Assembly: GCA_965235115.1 (NCBI GenBank)
Contig: OZ249436.1
Coordinates: 24,492,001-24,556,000, forward strand
Direction: 5' to 3'
DNA: 64,000 nucleotides
From: Laetmonice hystrix
Taxonomy: Eukaryota
A model generated the notes under the pieces. It was not told where the DNA came from. It made no database searches and was given only the letters and a program-made list of their open reading frames with translations. Shown piece after piece: positions 1-12,000 of this stretch; the first letter of the stretch is position 1; each line of letters opens with the position of its first letter. The translations under genes and the position numbers were made by a program.

Positions 1-867
1 CATATAATGCTCCCGGCATAAAACGATGTTGCAATTAATTTAAAATTAACAAGATGCACTAGTAATCCGATCCAAGCTTAATTACGTCATTGCTAGTTTC
101 ATAACCAAATCTCACAGAAAATACCCCACCCGGGCACATAACCTGAAAATATTCAACTTTTATCTCCAATGTATCCCTGTGCACCTAGTAGCACCCAAGC
201 GGGCCCAATTTTGACATTCCAACACAAATACCGCAAATACCCGCCTAATGGCACAAAAAACTTTCTACCCCGTTGCAAGTCACATTAGCTTGCTGCTTGT
301 CGTAAAAAATGGTGCAGACCATTTCTAAAGTCACAGTACCCCACTCCCGGCCTAATATTACGTTTCAGTATCCATATACGCTGCAAGCGGCAGGAACTCG
401 AATACAGGCCTAAAAGTAACCCCAGTCTAGCAATATCATACTCTCATGCCATATACGAGCTTGTAATTATCTTTAATTAATGGGCTCCGCAGCACCAACC
501 CACTGCATTAACATTTGTTTAACAGCTTAACGCACCTTGTAAAAAAATTTTCAAGTGCGTAAAAATGCGTGTCCACCTCCACATACTTTAAAAATCACTA
601 TACCCACCCAGCGACATTCACTCTAATACACGCCTAAGAGGAACTTCACTGTCCCATTTGATTCTCCAGCACGTATAGGATGTTTCAAGTAACATTTATC
701 CACGGTCTGGCCCAATAACGTGCAACAAGGCATAGTAAGTCAATGCGACCTCGCATGTCAAACCTAACCCGCCCCCCAGCACATGAGCTGAAAATATTCA
801 AATAGCTTGAAAACTAGAATATAGCTTTGCTTAATACCATTATACCATCAACTCGCATTACAGGCCT
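1..867. repeat. Half-unit A (~870 bp; boundaries approximate)
   Basis: Colinear with 868-1757. For example, 21-130 (AAACGATGTTGCAATTAATTTAAAATTAACAAGATGCACTAG...) matches 888-997 (AAACGAGTTTCCAATTAATTTAAAGTTAACAAGATGCACTAA...). Confidence 0.93.
530..560. other. Imperfect dyad around an A/T tract, with a paralog at 1436-1465
   Basis: ACGCAC(C)TTG-TAAAAAAATTTT-CAAGTGCGT. Half B reads ACGCGCCTTG-TAAAATTTTT-CAAAGTGCGT. Confidence 0.65.
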
Positions 868-874
868 AATGCGA
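853..874. other. Inverted repeat with an 8-bp stem and 6-nt loop, one per unit
   Basis: TCGCATTA-caggcc-TAATGCGA. Confidence 0.8.
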
Positions 875-942
875 AGCTCCCAGCCTAAAACGAGTTTCCA
901 ATTAATTTAAAGTTAACAAGATGCACTAATAATCGATTCCAA

Positions 943-954
943 GCCTAATTAGGC
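943..954. other. Perfect 12-bp palindrome, one per unit
   Basis: GCCTAATTAGGC. Confidence 0.85.
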
Positions 955-1625
955 CATTGCTAGTTGGATAACCAAATCTCATACAAAATACACCCTCCCG
1001 GCAGATGACCTGAGAATATTCAACTCTTATGTCCGATATATCCCTGTCCGCTTAGTAGCACCCAGCCGGGCCCCCATTTTGACATTGCAACACCAATACA
1101 GCAAGTGCCCAGCTAACAGCACAAATAACAGGATTCAGGGCTTCCTACCACGTTACAAGTCACAATAGATTGCTGCCTGTCGTAAAAATATACCAGACCA
1201 TTTTAAAAAGTCACAGAACCCCAATCCGGCCCTAATATGTCACTCCCAGTACCAATACACGCTGGAAGCACCATCAACTGAAATTCAGGCCTAGAACCCA
1301 CCTCTCTCTACCAATATCATGCACCTAGTCCGTATACGAGGTTGTAATTTACTTTAATCAACGGGCTGCGCCGCAGCAACCCACTCTGGTCTTTGCAATC
1401 TTTTTCAATATGCGTTAACATTTGTAACCAGCTCAACGCGCCTTGTAAAATTTTTCAAAGTGCGTAAAAGTGTGTGTCCACCCCGACACGCTTTCCAAAC
1501 CACTATACCCACCGAGCGACATCCACTCAAATACAGGCTTCGACCGATCCTCACTGTGCCAATAATCCGCCACAAGGCAAATTCAGTCAATGCAAGCTGG
1601 AAAATCGAATGTCAAACCTAATGCT

Positions 1626-1637
1626 CCCCCCCCCCCC
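1626..1637 (+). repeat. Length-variable poly(C) tract, one per unit (C7-C14)
   Basis: C12 here, C10 in unit 2, C8 in unit 6, C13 and C14 in the deleted units, C7 in unit 31. It accounts for most of the unit length variation. Confidence 0.95.
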
Positions 1638-4600
1638 AGCACGTTAACTGAAAATAATCAACTAGCTTGAAAACTAGAATATAGCTTTGTTAAGCTAACA
1701 ATCTACTCTCCCAGCGCCATCAACTCGCATACAGGCGTAAAAGCAAACGCACTGCCCCATATAATGCTTCCAGCCTAAAACGATGTTGCAATTAATTTAA
1801 AATTAACAAGATGCACTAGTAATCCGATCCAAGCCTAATTACGTCATTGCTAGTTTCATAACCAAATCTCACAGAAAATACCCCACCCGCGCACATAACC
1901 TGAAAATATTCAACTTTTATCTCCAATGTATCCCTGTGCACCTAGTAGCACCCAAGCGGGCCCAATTTTGACATTCCAACACAAATACCGCAAATACCCG
2001 CCTAATGGCACAAAAAACTTTCTACCCCGTTGCAAGTCACATTAGCTTGCTGCTTGTCGTAAAAAATGGTGCAGACCATTTCTAAAGTCACAGTACCCCA
2101 CTCCCGGCCTAATATTACGTTTCAGTATCCATATACGCTGCAAGCGGCAGGAACTCGAATACAGGCCTAAAAGTAACCCCAGTCTAGCAATATCATACTC
2201 TCATGCCATATACGAGCTTGTAATTATCTTTAATTAATGGGCTCCGCAGCACCAACCCACTGCATTAACATTTGTTTAACAGCTTAACGCACCTTGTAAA
2301 AAATTTTCAAGTGCGTAAAAATGCGTGTCCACCTCCACATACTTTAAAAATCACTATACCCACCCAGCGACATTCACTCTAATACACGCCTAAGAGGAAC
2401 TTCACTGTCCCATTTGATTCTCCAGCACGTATAGGATGTTTCAAGTAACATTTATCCACGGTCTGGCCCAATAACGTGCAACAAGGCATAGTAAGTCAAT
2501 GCGACCTCGCATGTCAAACCTAACCCGCCCCCCAGCACATGAGCTGGAGATATTCAAATAGCTTGAAAACTAGAATATAGCTTTGCTTAATACCATTATA
2601 CCATCAACTCGCATTACAGGCCTAATGCGAAGCTCCCAGCCTAAAACGAGTTTCCAATTAATTTAAAGTTAACAAGATGCACTAATAATCGATTCCAAGC
2701 CTAATTAGGCCATTGCTAGTTGGATAACCAAATCTCATACAAAATACACCCTCCCGGCAGATGACCTGAGAATATTCAACTCTTATGTCCGATATATCCC
2801 TGTCCGCTTAGTAGCACCCAGCCGGGCCCCCATTTTGACATTGCAACACCAATACAGCAAGTGCCCAGCTAACAGCACAAATAACAGGATTCAGGGCTTC
2901 CTACCACGTTACAAGTCACAATAGATTGCTGCCTGTCGTAAAAATATACCAGACCATTTTAAAAAGTCACAGAACCCCAATCCGGCCCTAATATGTCACT
3001 CCCAGTACCAATAGACGCTGGAAGCACCATCAACTGAAATTCAGGCCTAGAACCCACCTCTCTCTACCAATATCATGCACCTAGTCCGTATACGAGGTTG
3101 TAATTTACTTTAATCAACGGGCTGCGCCGCAGCAACCCACTCTGGTCTTTGCAATCTTTTTCAATATGCGTTAACATTTGTGACCAGCTCAACGCGCCTT
3201 GTAAAATTTTTCAAAGTGCGTAAAAGTGTGTGTCCACCCCGACACGCTTTCCAAACCACTATACCCACCGAGCGACATCCACTCAAATACAGGCTTCGAC
3301 CGATCCTCACTGTGCCAATAATCCGCCACAAGGCAAATTCAGTCAATGCAAGCTGGAAAATCGAATGTCAAACCTAATGCTCCCCCCCCCCAGCACGTTA
3401 ACTGAAAATAATCAACTAGCTTGAAAACTAGAATATAGCTTTGTTAAGCTAACAATCTACTCTCCCAGCGCCATCAACTCGCATACAGGCGTAAAAGCAA
3501 ACGCACTGCCCCATATAATGCTCCCAGCCTAAAACGATGTTGCAATTAATTTAAAATTAACAAGATGCACTAGTAATCCGATCCAAGCCTAATTACGTCA
3601 TTGCTAGTTTCATAACCAAATCTCACAGAAAATACCCCACCCGCGCACATAACCTGAAAATATTCAACTTTTATCTCCAATGTATCCCTGTGCACCTAGT
3701 AGCACCCAAGCGGGCCCAATTTTGACATTCCAACACAAATACCGCAAATACCCGCCTAATGGCACAAAAAACTTTCTACCCCGTTGCAAGTCACATTAGC
3801 TTGCTGCTTGTCGTAAAAAATGGTGCAGACCATTTCTAAAGTCACAGTACCCCACTCCCGGCCTAATATTACGTTTCAGTATCCATATACGCTGCAAGCG
3901 GCAGGAACTCGAATACAGGCCTAAAAGTAACCCCAGTCTAGCAATATCATACTCTCATGCCATATACGAGCTTGTAATTATCTTTAATTAATGGGCTCCG
4001 CAGCACCATTCCACTGCATTAACATTTGTTTAACAGCTTAACGCACCTTGTAAAAAATTTTCAAGTGCGTAAAAATGCGTGTCCACCTCCACATACTTTA
4101 AACATCACTATACCCACCCAGCGACATTCACTCTAATACACGCCTAAGAGGAACTTCACTGTCCCATTTGATTCTCCAGCACGTATAGGATGTTTCAAGT
4201 AACATTTATCCACGGTCTGGCCCAATAACGTGCAACAAGGCATAGTAAGTCAATGCGACCTCGCATGTCAAACCTAACCCGCCCCCCAGCACATGAGCTG
4301 GAGATATTCAAATAGCTTGAAAACTAGAATATAGCTTTGCTTAATACCATTATACCATCAACTCGCATTACAGGCCTAATGCGAAGCTCCCAGCCTAAAA
4401 CGAGTTTCCAATTAATTTAAAGTTAACAAGATGCACTAATAATCGATTCCAAGCCTAATTAGGCCATTGCTAGTTGGATAACCAAATCTCATACAAAATA
4501 CACCCTCCCGGCAGATGACCTGAGAATATTCAACTCTTATGTCCGATATATCCCTGTCCGCTTAGTAGCACCCAGCCGGGCCCCCATTTTGACATTGCAA

Positions 4601-6005
4601 CACCAATACAGCAAGTGCCCAGCTAACAGCACAAATAACAGGATTCAGGGCTTCCTACCACGTTACAAGTCACAATAGATTGCTGCCTGTCGTAAAAATA
4701 TACCAGACCATTTTAAAAAGTCACAGAACCCCAATCCGGCCCTAATATGTCACTCCCAGTACCAATAGACGCTGGAAGCACCATCAACTGAAATTCAGGC
4801 CTAGAACCCACCTCTCTCTACCAATATCATGCACCTAGTCCGTATACGAGGTTGTAATTTACTTTAATCAACGGGCTGCGCCGCAGCAACCCACTCTGGT
4901 CTTTGCAATCTTTTTCAATATGCGTTAACATTTGTGACCAGCTCAACGCGCCTTGTAAAATTTTTCAAAGTGCGTAAAAGTGTGTGTCCACCCCGACACG
5001 CTTTCCAAACCACTATACCCACCGAGCGACATCCACTCAAATACAGGCTTCGACCGATCCTCACTGTGCCAATAATCCGCCACAAGGCAAATTCAGTCAA
5101 TGCAAGCTGGAAAATCGAATGTCAAACCTAATGCTCCCCCCCCCAGCACGTTAACTGAAAAAAATCAACTAGCTTGAAAACTAGAATATAGCTTTGTTTA
5201 GCTAACAATCTACTCTCCCAGCGCCATCAACTCGCATACAGGCGTAAAAGCAAACGCACTGCCCCATATAATGCTCCCAGCCTAAGACGATGTTGCAATT
5301 AATTTAAGATTAACAAGATGCACTAGTAATCCGATCCAAGCCTAATTACGTCATTGCTAGTTTCATAACCAAATCTCACAGAAAATACCCCACCCGCGCA
5401 CATAACCTGAAAATATTTAACTTTTATCTCCAATGTATCCCTGTGCACCTAGTAGCACACAAGCGGGCCCAATTTTGACATCCCAACACAAATACCGCAA
5501 ATACCCGCCTAATGGCACAAAAAACTTTCTACCCCGTTGCAAGTCACATTAGCGTGCTGCTTGTCGTAAAAAATGGTGCAGACCATTTCTAAAGTCACAG
5601 TACCCCACTCCTGGCCTAATATTACGTTTCAGTATCCATATACGCTGCAAGCGGCAGGAACTCGAATACAGGCCTAAAAGTAACCTCAGTCTAGCAATAT
5701 CATACTCCCATGCCATATACGAGCTTGTAATTATCTTTAATTAATGGGCTCCGCAGCACCAACCCACTGCATTAACATTTGTTTAACAGCTTAACGCACC
5801 TTGTAAAATTTTTTCAAGTGCGTAAAAATGCGTGTCCACCTCCACATACTTTAAAAATCACTATACCCACCCAGCGACATCCACTCTAATACACGCCTAA
5901 AAGGAACTTCACTGTCCCATTTGATTCTCCAGCACGTATAGGATGTTTCAAGTAACATTCATCCACGGTCTGGCCCAATAACGTGCAGCAAGGCATAGTA
6001 AGTCA

Positions 6006-6019
6006 ATGCGAGCTCGCAT
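6006..6019. other. Polymorphic perfect 14-bp palindrome with a SacI core
   Basis: ATGCGAGCTCGCAT in d, e, f and most a units. It reads ATGCGACCTCGCAT in b and c units and in unit 1 (743-756). Confidence 0.85.
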
Positions 6020-9000
6020 GTCAAACCTAACCCGCCCCCAAGCACATGAGCTGAAAATATTCAAATAGCTTGAAAACTAGAATATAGCTTTGCTTAATAC
6101 CATTATACCATCAACTCGCATTACAGGCCTAATGCGAAGCTCCCAGCCTAAAACGAGTTTCCAATTAATTTAAAGTTAACAAGATGCACTAATAATCGAT
6201 TCCAAGCCTAATTAGGCCATTGCTAGTTGGATAACCAAATCTCATACAAAATACACCCTCCCGGCAGATGACCTGAGAATATTCAACTCTTATGTCCGAT
6301 ATATCCCTGTCCGCTTAGTAGCACCCAGCCGGGCCCCCATTTTGACATTGCAACACCAATACAGCAAGTGCCCAGCTAACAGCACAAATAACAGGATTCA
6401 GGGCTTCCTACCACGTTACAAGTCACAATAGATTGCTGCCTGTCGTAAAAATATACCAGACCATTTTAAAAAGTCACAGAACCCCAATCCGGCCCTAATA
6501 TGTCACTCCCAGTACCAATACACGCTGGAAGCACCATCAACTGAAATTCAGGCCTAGAACCCACCTCTCTCTACCAATATCATGCACCTAGTCCGTATAC
6601 GAGGTTGTAATTTACTTTAATCAACGGGCTGCGCCGCAGCAACCCACTCTGGTCTTTGCAATCTTTTTCAATATGCGTTAACATTTGTGACCAGCTCAAC
6701 GCGCCTTGTAAAATTTTTCAAAGTGCGTAAAAGTGTGTGTCCACCCCGACACGCTTTCCAAACCACTATACCCACCGAGCGACATCCACTCAAATACAGG
6801 CTTCGACCGATCCTCACTGTGCCAATAATCCGCCACAAGGCAAATTCAGTCAATGCAAGCTGGAAAATCGAATGTCAAACCTAATGCTCCCCCCCCAGCA
6901 CGTTAACTGAAAAAAATCAACTAGCTTGAAAACTAGAATATAGCTTTGTTTAGCTAACAATCTACTCTCCCAGCGCCATCAACTCGCATACAGGCGTAAA
7001 AGCAAACGCACTGCCCCATATAATGCTCCCAGCCTAAGACGATGTTGCAATTAATTTAAGATTAACAAGATGCACTAGTAATCCGATCCAAGCCTAATTA
7101 CGTCATTGCTAGTTTCATAACCAAATCTCACAGAAAATACCCCACCCGCGCACATAACCTGAAAATATTCAACTTTTATCTCCAATGTATCCCTGTGCAC
7201 CTAGTAGCACCCAAGCGGGCCCAATTTTGACATTCCAACACAAATACCGCAAATACCCGCCTAATGGCACAAAAAAACTTTCTACCCCGTTGCAAGTCAC
7301 ATTAGCTTGCTGCTTGTCGTAAAAAATGGTGCAGACCATTTCTAAAGTCACAGTACCCCACTCCCGGCCTAATATTACGTTTCAGTATCCATATACGCTG
7401 CAAGCGGCAAGAACTCGAATACAGGCCTAAAAGTAACCCCAGTCTAGCAATATCATACTCTCATGCCATATACGAGCTTGTAATTATCTTTAATTAATGG
7501 GCTCCGCAGCACCAACCCACTGCATTAACATTTGTTTAACAGCTTGACGCACCTTGTAAAAAATTTTCAAGTGCGTAAAAATGCGTGTCCACCTCCACAT
7601 ACTTTAAAAATCACTATACCCACCCAGCGACATTCACTCTAATACACGCCTAAGAGGAACTTCACTGTCCCATTTGATTCTCCAGCACGTATAGGATGTT
7701 TCAAGTAACATTCATCCACGGTCTGGCCCAATAACGTGCAACAAGGCATAGTAAGTCAATGCGAGCTCGCATGTCAAACCTAACCCGCCCCCCAGCACAT
7801 GAGCTGAAAATATTCAAATAGCTTGAAAACTAGAATATAGCTTTGCTTAATACCATTATACCATCAACTCGCATTACAGGCCTAATGCGAAGCTCCCAGC
7901 CTAAAACGAGTTTCCAATTAATTTAAAGTTAACAAGATGCACTAATAATCGATTCCAAGCCTAATTAGGCCATTGCTAGTTGGATAACCAAATCTCATAC
8001 AAAATACACCCTCCCGGCAGATGACCTGAGAATATTCAACTCTTATGTCCGATATATCCCTGTCCGCTTTGTAGCACCCAGCCGGGCCCCCATTTTGACA
8101 TTGCAACACCAATACAGCAAGTGCCCAGCTAACAGCACAAATAACAGGATTCAGGGCTTCCTACCACGTTACAAGTCACAATAGATTGCTGCCTGTCGTA
8201 AAAATATACCAGACCATTTTAAAAAGTCACAGAACCCCAATCCGGCCCTAATATGTCACTCCCAGTACCAATACACTCTGGAAGCACCATCAACTGAAAT
8301 TCAGGCCTAGAACCCACCTCTCTCTACCAATATCATGCACCTAGTCCGTATACGAGGTTGTAATTTACTTTAATCAACGGGCTGCGCCGCAGCAACCCAC
8401 TCTGGTCTTTGCAATCTTTTTCAATATGCGTTAACATTTGTAACCAGCTCAACGCGCCTTGTAAAATTTTTCAAAGTGCGTAAAAGTGTGTGTCCACCCC
8501 GACACGCTTTCCAAACCACTATACCCACCGAGCGACATCCACTCAAATACAGGCTTCGACCGATCCTCACTGTGCCAATAATCCGCCACAAGGCAAATTC
8601 AGTCAATGCAAGCTGGAAAATCGAATGTCAAACCTAATACTCCCCCCCCCAGCACGTTAACTGAAAATAATCAACTAGCTTGAAAACTAGAATATAGCTT
8701 TGTTTAGCTAACAATCTACTCTCCCAGCGCCATCAACTCGCATACAGGCGTAAAAGCAAACGCACTGCCCCATATAATGCTCCCAGCCTAAAACGATGTT
8801 GCAATTAATTTAAAATTAACAAGATGCACTAGTAATCCGATCCAAGCTTAATTACGTCATTGCTAGTTTCATAACCAAATCTCACAGAAAATACCCCACC
8901 CGGGCACATAACCTGAAAATATTCAACTTTTATCTCCAATGTATCCCTGTGCACCTAGTAGCACCCAAGCGGGCCCAATTTTGACATCCCAACACAAATA

Positions 9001-12000
9001 CCGCAAATACCCGCCTAATGGCACAAAAAACTTTCTACCCCGTTGCAAGTCACATTAGCGTGCTGCTTGTCGTAAAAAATGGTGCAGACCATTTCTAAAG
9101 TCACAGTACCCCACTCCCGGCCTAATATTACGTTTCAGTATCCATATACGCTGCAAGCGGCAGGAACTCGAATACAGGCCTAAAAGTAACCTCAGTCTAG
9201 CAATATCATACTCCCATGCCATATACGAGCTTGTAATTATCTTTAATTAATGGGCTCCGCAGCACCAACCCACTGCATTAACATTTGTTTAACAGCTTAA
9301 CACACCTTGTAAAATTTTTTCAAGTGCGTAAAAATGCGTGTCCACCTCCACATACTTTAAAAATCACTATACCCACCCAGCGACATCCACTCTAATACAC
9401 GCCTAAAAGGAACTTCACTGTCCCATTTGATTCTCCAGCACGTATAGGATGTTTCAAGTAACATTCATCCACGGTCTGGCCCAATAACGTGCAACAAGGC
9501 ATAGTAAGTCAATGCGAGCTCGCATGTCAAACCTAACCCGCCCCCAAGCACATGAGCTGAAAATATTCAAATAGCTTGAAAACTAGAATATAGCTTTGCT
9601 TAATACCATTATACCATCAACTCGCATTACAGGCCTAATGCGAAGCTCCCAGCCTAAAACGAGTTTCCAATTAATTTAAAGTTAACAAGATGCACTAATA
9701 ATCGATTCCAAGCCTAATTAGGCCATTGCTAGTTGGATAACCAAATCTCATACAAAATACACCCTCCCGGCAGATGACCTGAGAATATTCAACTCTTATG
9801 TCCGATATATCCCTGTCCGCTTAGTAGCACCCAGCCGGGCCCCCATTTTGACATTGCAACACCAATACAGCAAGTGCCCAGCTAACAGCACAAATAACAG
9901 GATTCAGGGCTTCCTACCACGTTACAAGTCACAATAGATTGCTGCCTGTCGTAAAAATATACCAGACCATTTTAAAAAGTCACAGAACCCCAATCCGGCC
10001 CTAATATGTCACTCCCAGTACCAATAGACGCTGGAAGCACCATCAACTGAAATTCAGGCCTAGAACCCACCTCTCTCTACCAATATCATGCACCTAGTCC
10101 GTATACGAGGTTGTAATTTCCTTTAATCAACGGGCTGCGCCGCAGCAACCCACTCTGGTCTTTGCAATCTTTTTCAATATGCGTTAACATTTGTGACCAG
10201 CTCAACGCGCCTTGTAAAATTTTTCAAAGTGCGTAAAAGTGTGTGTCCACCCCGACACGCTTTCCAAACCACTATACCCACCGAGCGACATCCACTCAAA
10301 TACAGGCTTCGACCGATCCTCACTGTGCCAATAATCCGCCACAAGGCAAATTCAGTCAATGCAAGCTGGAAAATCGAATGTCAAACCTAATGCTCCCCCC
10401 CCAGCACGTTAACTGAAAAAAATCAACTAGCTTGAAAACTAGAATATAGCTTTGTTTAGCTAACAATCTACTCTCCCAGCGCCATCAACTCGCATACAGG
10501 CGTAAAAGCAAACGCACTGCCCCATATAATGCTCCCAGCATAAAACGATGTTGCAATTAATTTAAAATTAACAAGATGCACTAGTAATCCGATCCAAGCT
10601 TAATTACGTCATTGCTAGTTTCATAACCAAATCTCACAGAAAATACCCCACCCGGGCACATAACCTGAAAATATTCAACTTTTATCTCCAATGTATCCCT
10701 GTGCACCTAGTAGCACCCAAGCGGGCCCAATTTTGACATTCCAACACAAATACCGCAAATACCCGCCTAATGGCACAAAAAACTTTCTACCCCGTTGCAA
10801 GTCACATTAGCTTGCTGCTTGTCGTAAAAAATGGTGCAGACCATTTCTAAAGTCACAGTACCCCACTCCCGGCCTAATATTACGTTTCAGTATCCATATA
10901 CGCTGCAAGCGGCAGGAACTCGAATACAGGCCTAAAAGTAACCCCAGTCTAGCAATATCATACTCTCATGCCATATACGAGCTTGTAATTATCTTTAATT
11001 AATGGGCTCCGCAGCACCAACCCACTGCATTAACATTTGTTTAACAGCTTAACGCACCTTGTAAAAAAATTTTCAAGTGCGTAAAAATGCGTGTCCACCT
11101 CCACATACTTTAAAAATCACTATACCCACCCAGCGACATTCACTCTAATACACGCCTAAGAGGAACTTCACTGTCCCATTTGATTCTCCAGCACGTATAG
11201 GATGTTTCAAGTAACATTTATCCACGGTCTGGCCCAATAACGTGCAACAAGGCATAGTAAGTCAATGCGAGCTCGCATGTCAAACCTAACCCGCCCCCCA
11301 GCACATGAGCTGAAAATATTCAAATAGCTTGAAAACTAGAATATAGCTTTGCTTAATACCATTATACCATCAACTCGCATTACAGGCCTAATGCGAAGCT
11401 CCCAGCCTAAAACGAGTTTCCAATTAATTTAAAGTTAACAAGATGCACTAATAATCGATTCCAAGCCTAATTAGGCCATTGCTAGTTGGATAACCAAATC
11501 TCATACAAAATACACCCTCCCGGCAGATGACCTGAGAATATTCAACTCTTATGTCCGATATATCCCTGTCCGCTTAGTAGCACCCAGCCGGGCCCCCATT
11601 TTGACATTGCAACACCAATACAGCAAGTGCCCAGCTAACAGCACAAATAACAGGATTCAGGGCTTCCTACCACGTTACAAGTCACAATAGATTGCTGCCT
11701 GTCGTAAAAATATACCAGACCATTTTAAAAAGTCACAGAACCCCAATCCGGCCCTAATATGTCACTCCCAGTACCAATACACGCTGGAAGCACCATCAAC
11801 TGAAATTCAGGCCTAGAACCCACCTCTCTCTACCAATATCATGCACCTAGTCCGTATACGAGGTTGTAATTTACTTTAATCAACGGGCTGCGCCGCAGCA
11901 ACCCACTCTGGTCTTTGCAATCTTTTTCAATATGCGTTAACATTTGTAACCAGCTCAACGCGCCTTGTAAAATTTTTCAAAGTGCGTAAAAGTGTGTGTC

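Larger units (their letters stand above)
1..1757. repeat. Representative repeat unit (type a), an A+B dimer; the phase is arbitrary
   Basis: The sequence from 1 is repeated from 1758 with only scattered SNPs. Confidence 0.97.
868..1757. repeat. Half-unit B (~890 bp), a diverged paralog of half A
   Basis: Homologous to A along its length (roughly 70-80% identity by eye) with several indels. A 27-bp block is identical at 803-829 and 1663-1689. Confidence 0.93.
1..10522. repeat. Complete 6-unit higher-order repeat copy (a-b-c-d-e-f), 10,522 bp
   Basis: Unit-specific SNP haplotypes restart in order at 10523 (a: CATAAAA, AAGCTT, A7 tract, GTAACC; b: GCTTCC). Confidence 0.85.

Noticed and set aside
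761..777. Telomere-like CCTAA/CTAACCC words
   Set aside because: These are isolated words and never occur in tandem, which is insufficient for a telomeric repeat call.
1538..1554. CENP-B box
   Set aside because: TTCGACCGATCCTCA lacks the required CGGG of TTCGNNNNANNCGGG.
1405..1590. 61-aa minus-strand ORF (MTEFALWRII...) present in nearly every unit
   Set aside because: It has a non-ATG start and no recognisable domain. Its recurrence simply reflects DNA identity between units, and the paralogous region of half A has indels and no equivalent ORF in the track.
803..1689. CRISPR-like array based on the recurring 27-bp block
   Set aside because: The intervening sequences are ~830-870 bp and are themselves repeats rather than unique spacers. 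There are no cas genes.
1..1757. Tandem RNA gene cluster (5S rRNA, tRNA, snRNA, spliced-leader RNA) or histone repeat
   Set aside because: The unit size is compatible, but I found no recognisable conserved motifs on either strand. An Infernal/Rfam and tRNAscan-SE search would be decisive; a diverged ncRNA cannot be excluded by eye.
1..1757. Transposon or LTR origin of the unit
   Set aside because: No terminal inverted repeats, target-site duplications, primer-binding site or coding remnants were recognised. A remote origin can only be tested by a Dfam/Repbase search.
3180..3424. Overlapping plus-strand 63-67-aa ORFs (MTSSTRLV..., MSTPTRFP...)
   Set aside because: Their presence depends on a GTA/GTG SNP or on poly(C) length. 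They overlap in several frames and are best explained as chance ORFs.
3372..3424. Poly(C) as a phase-variation switch for a contingency gene
   Set aside because: It alters only the tails of spurious ORFs, and no credible gene or promoter is associated with it.
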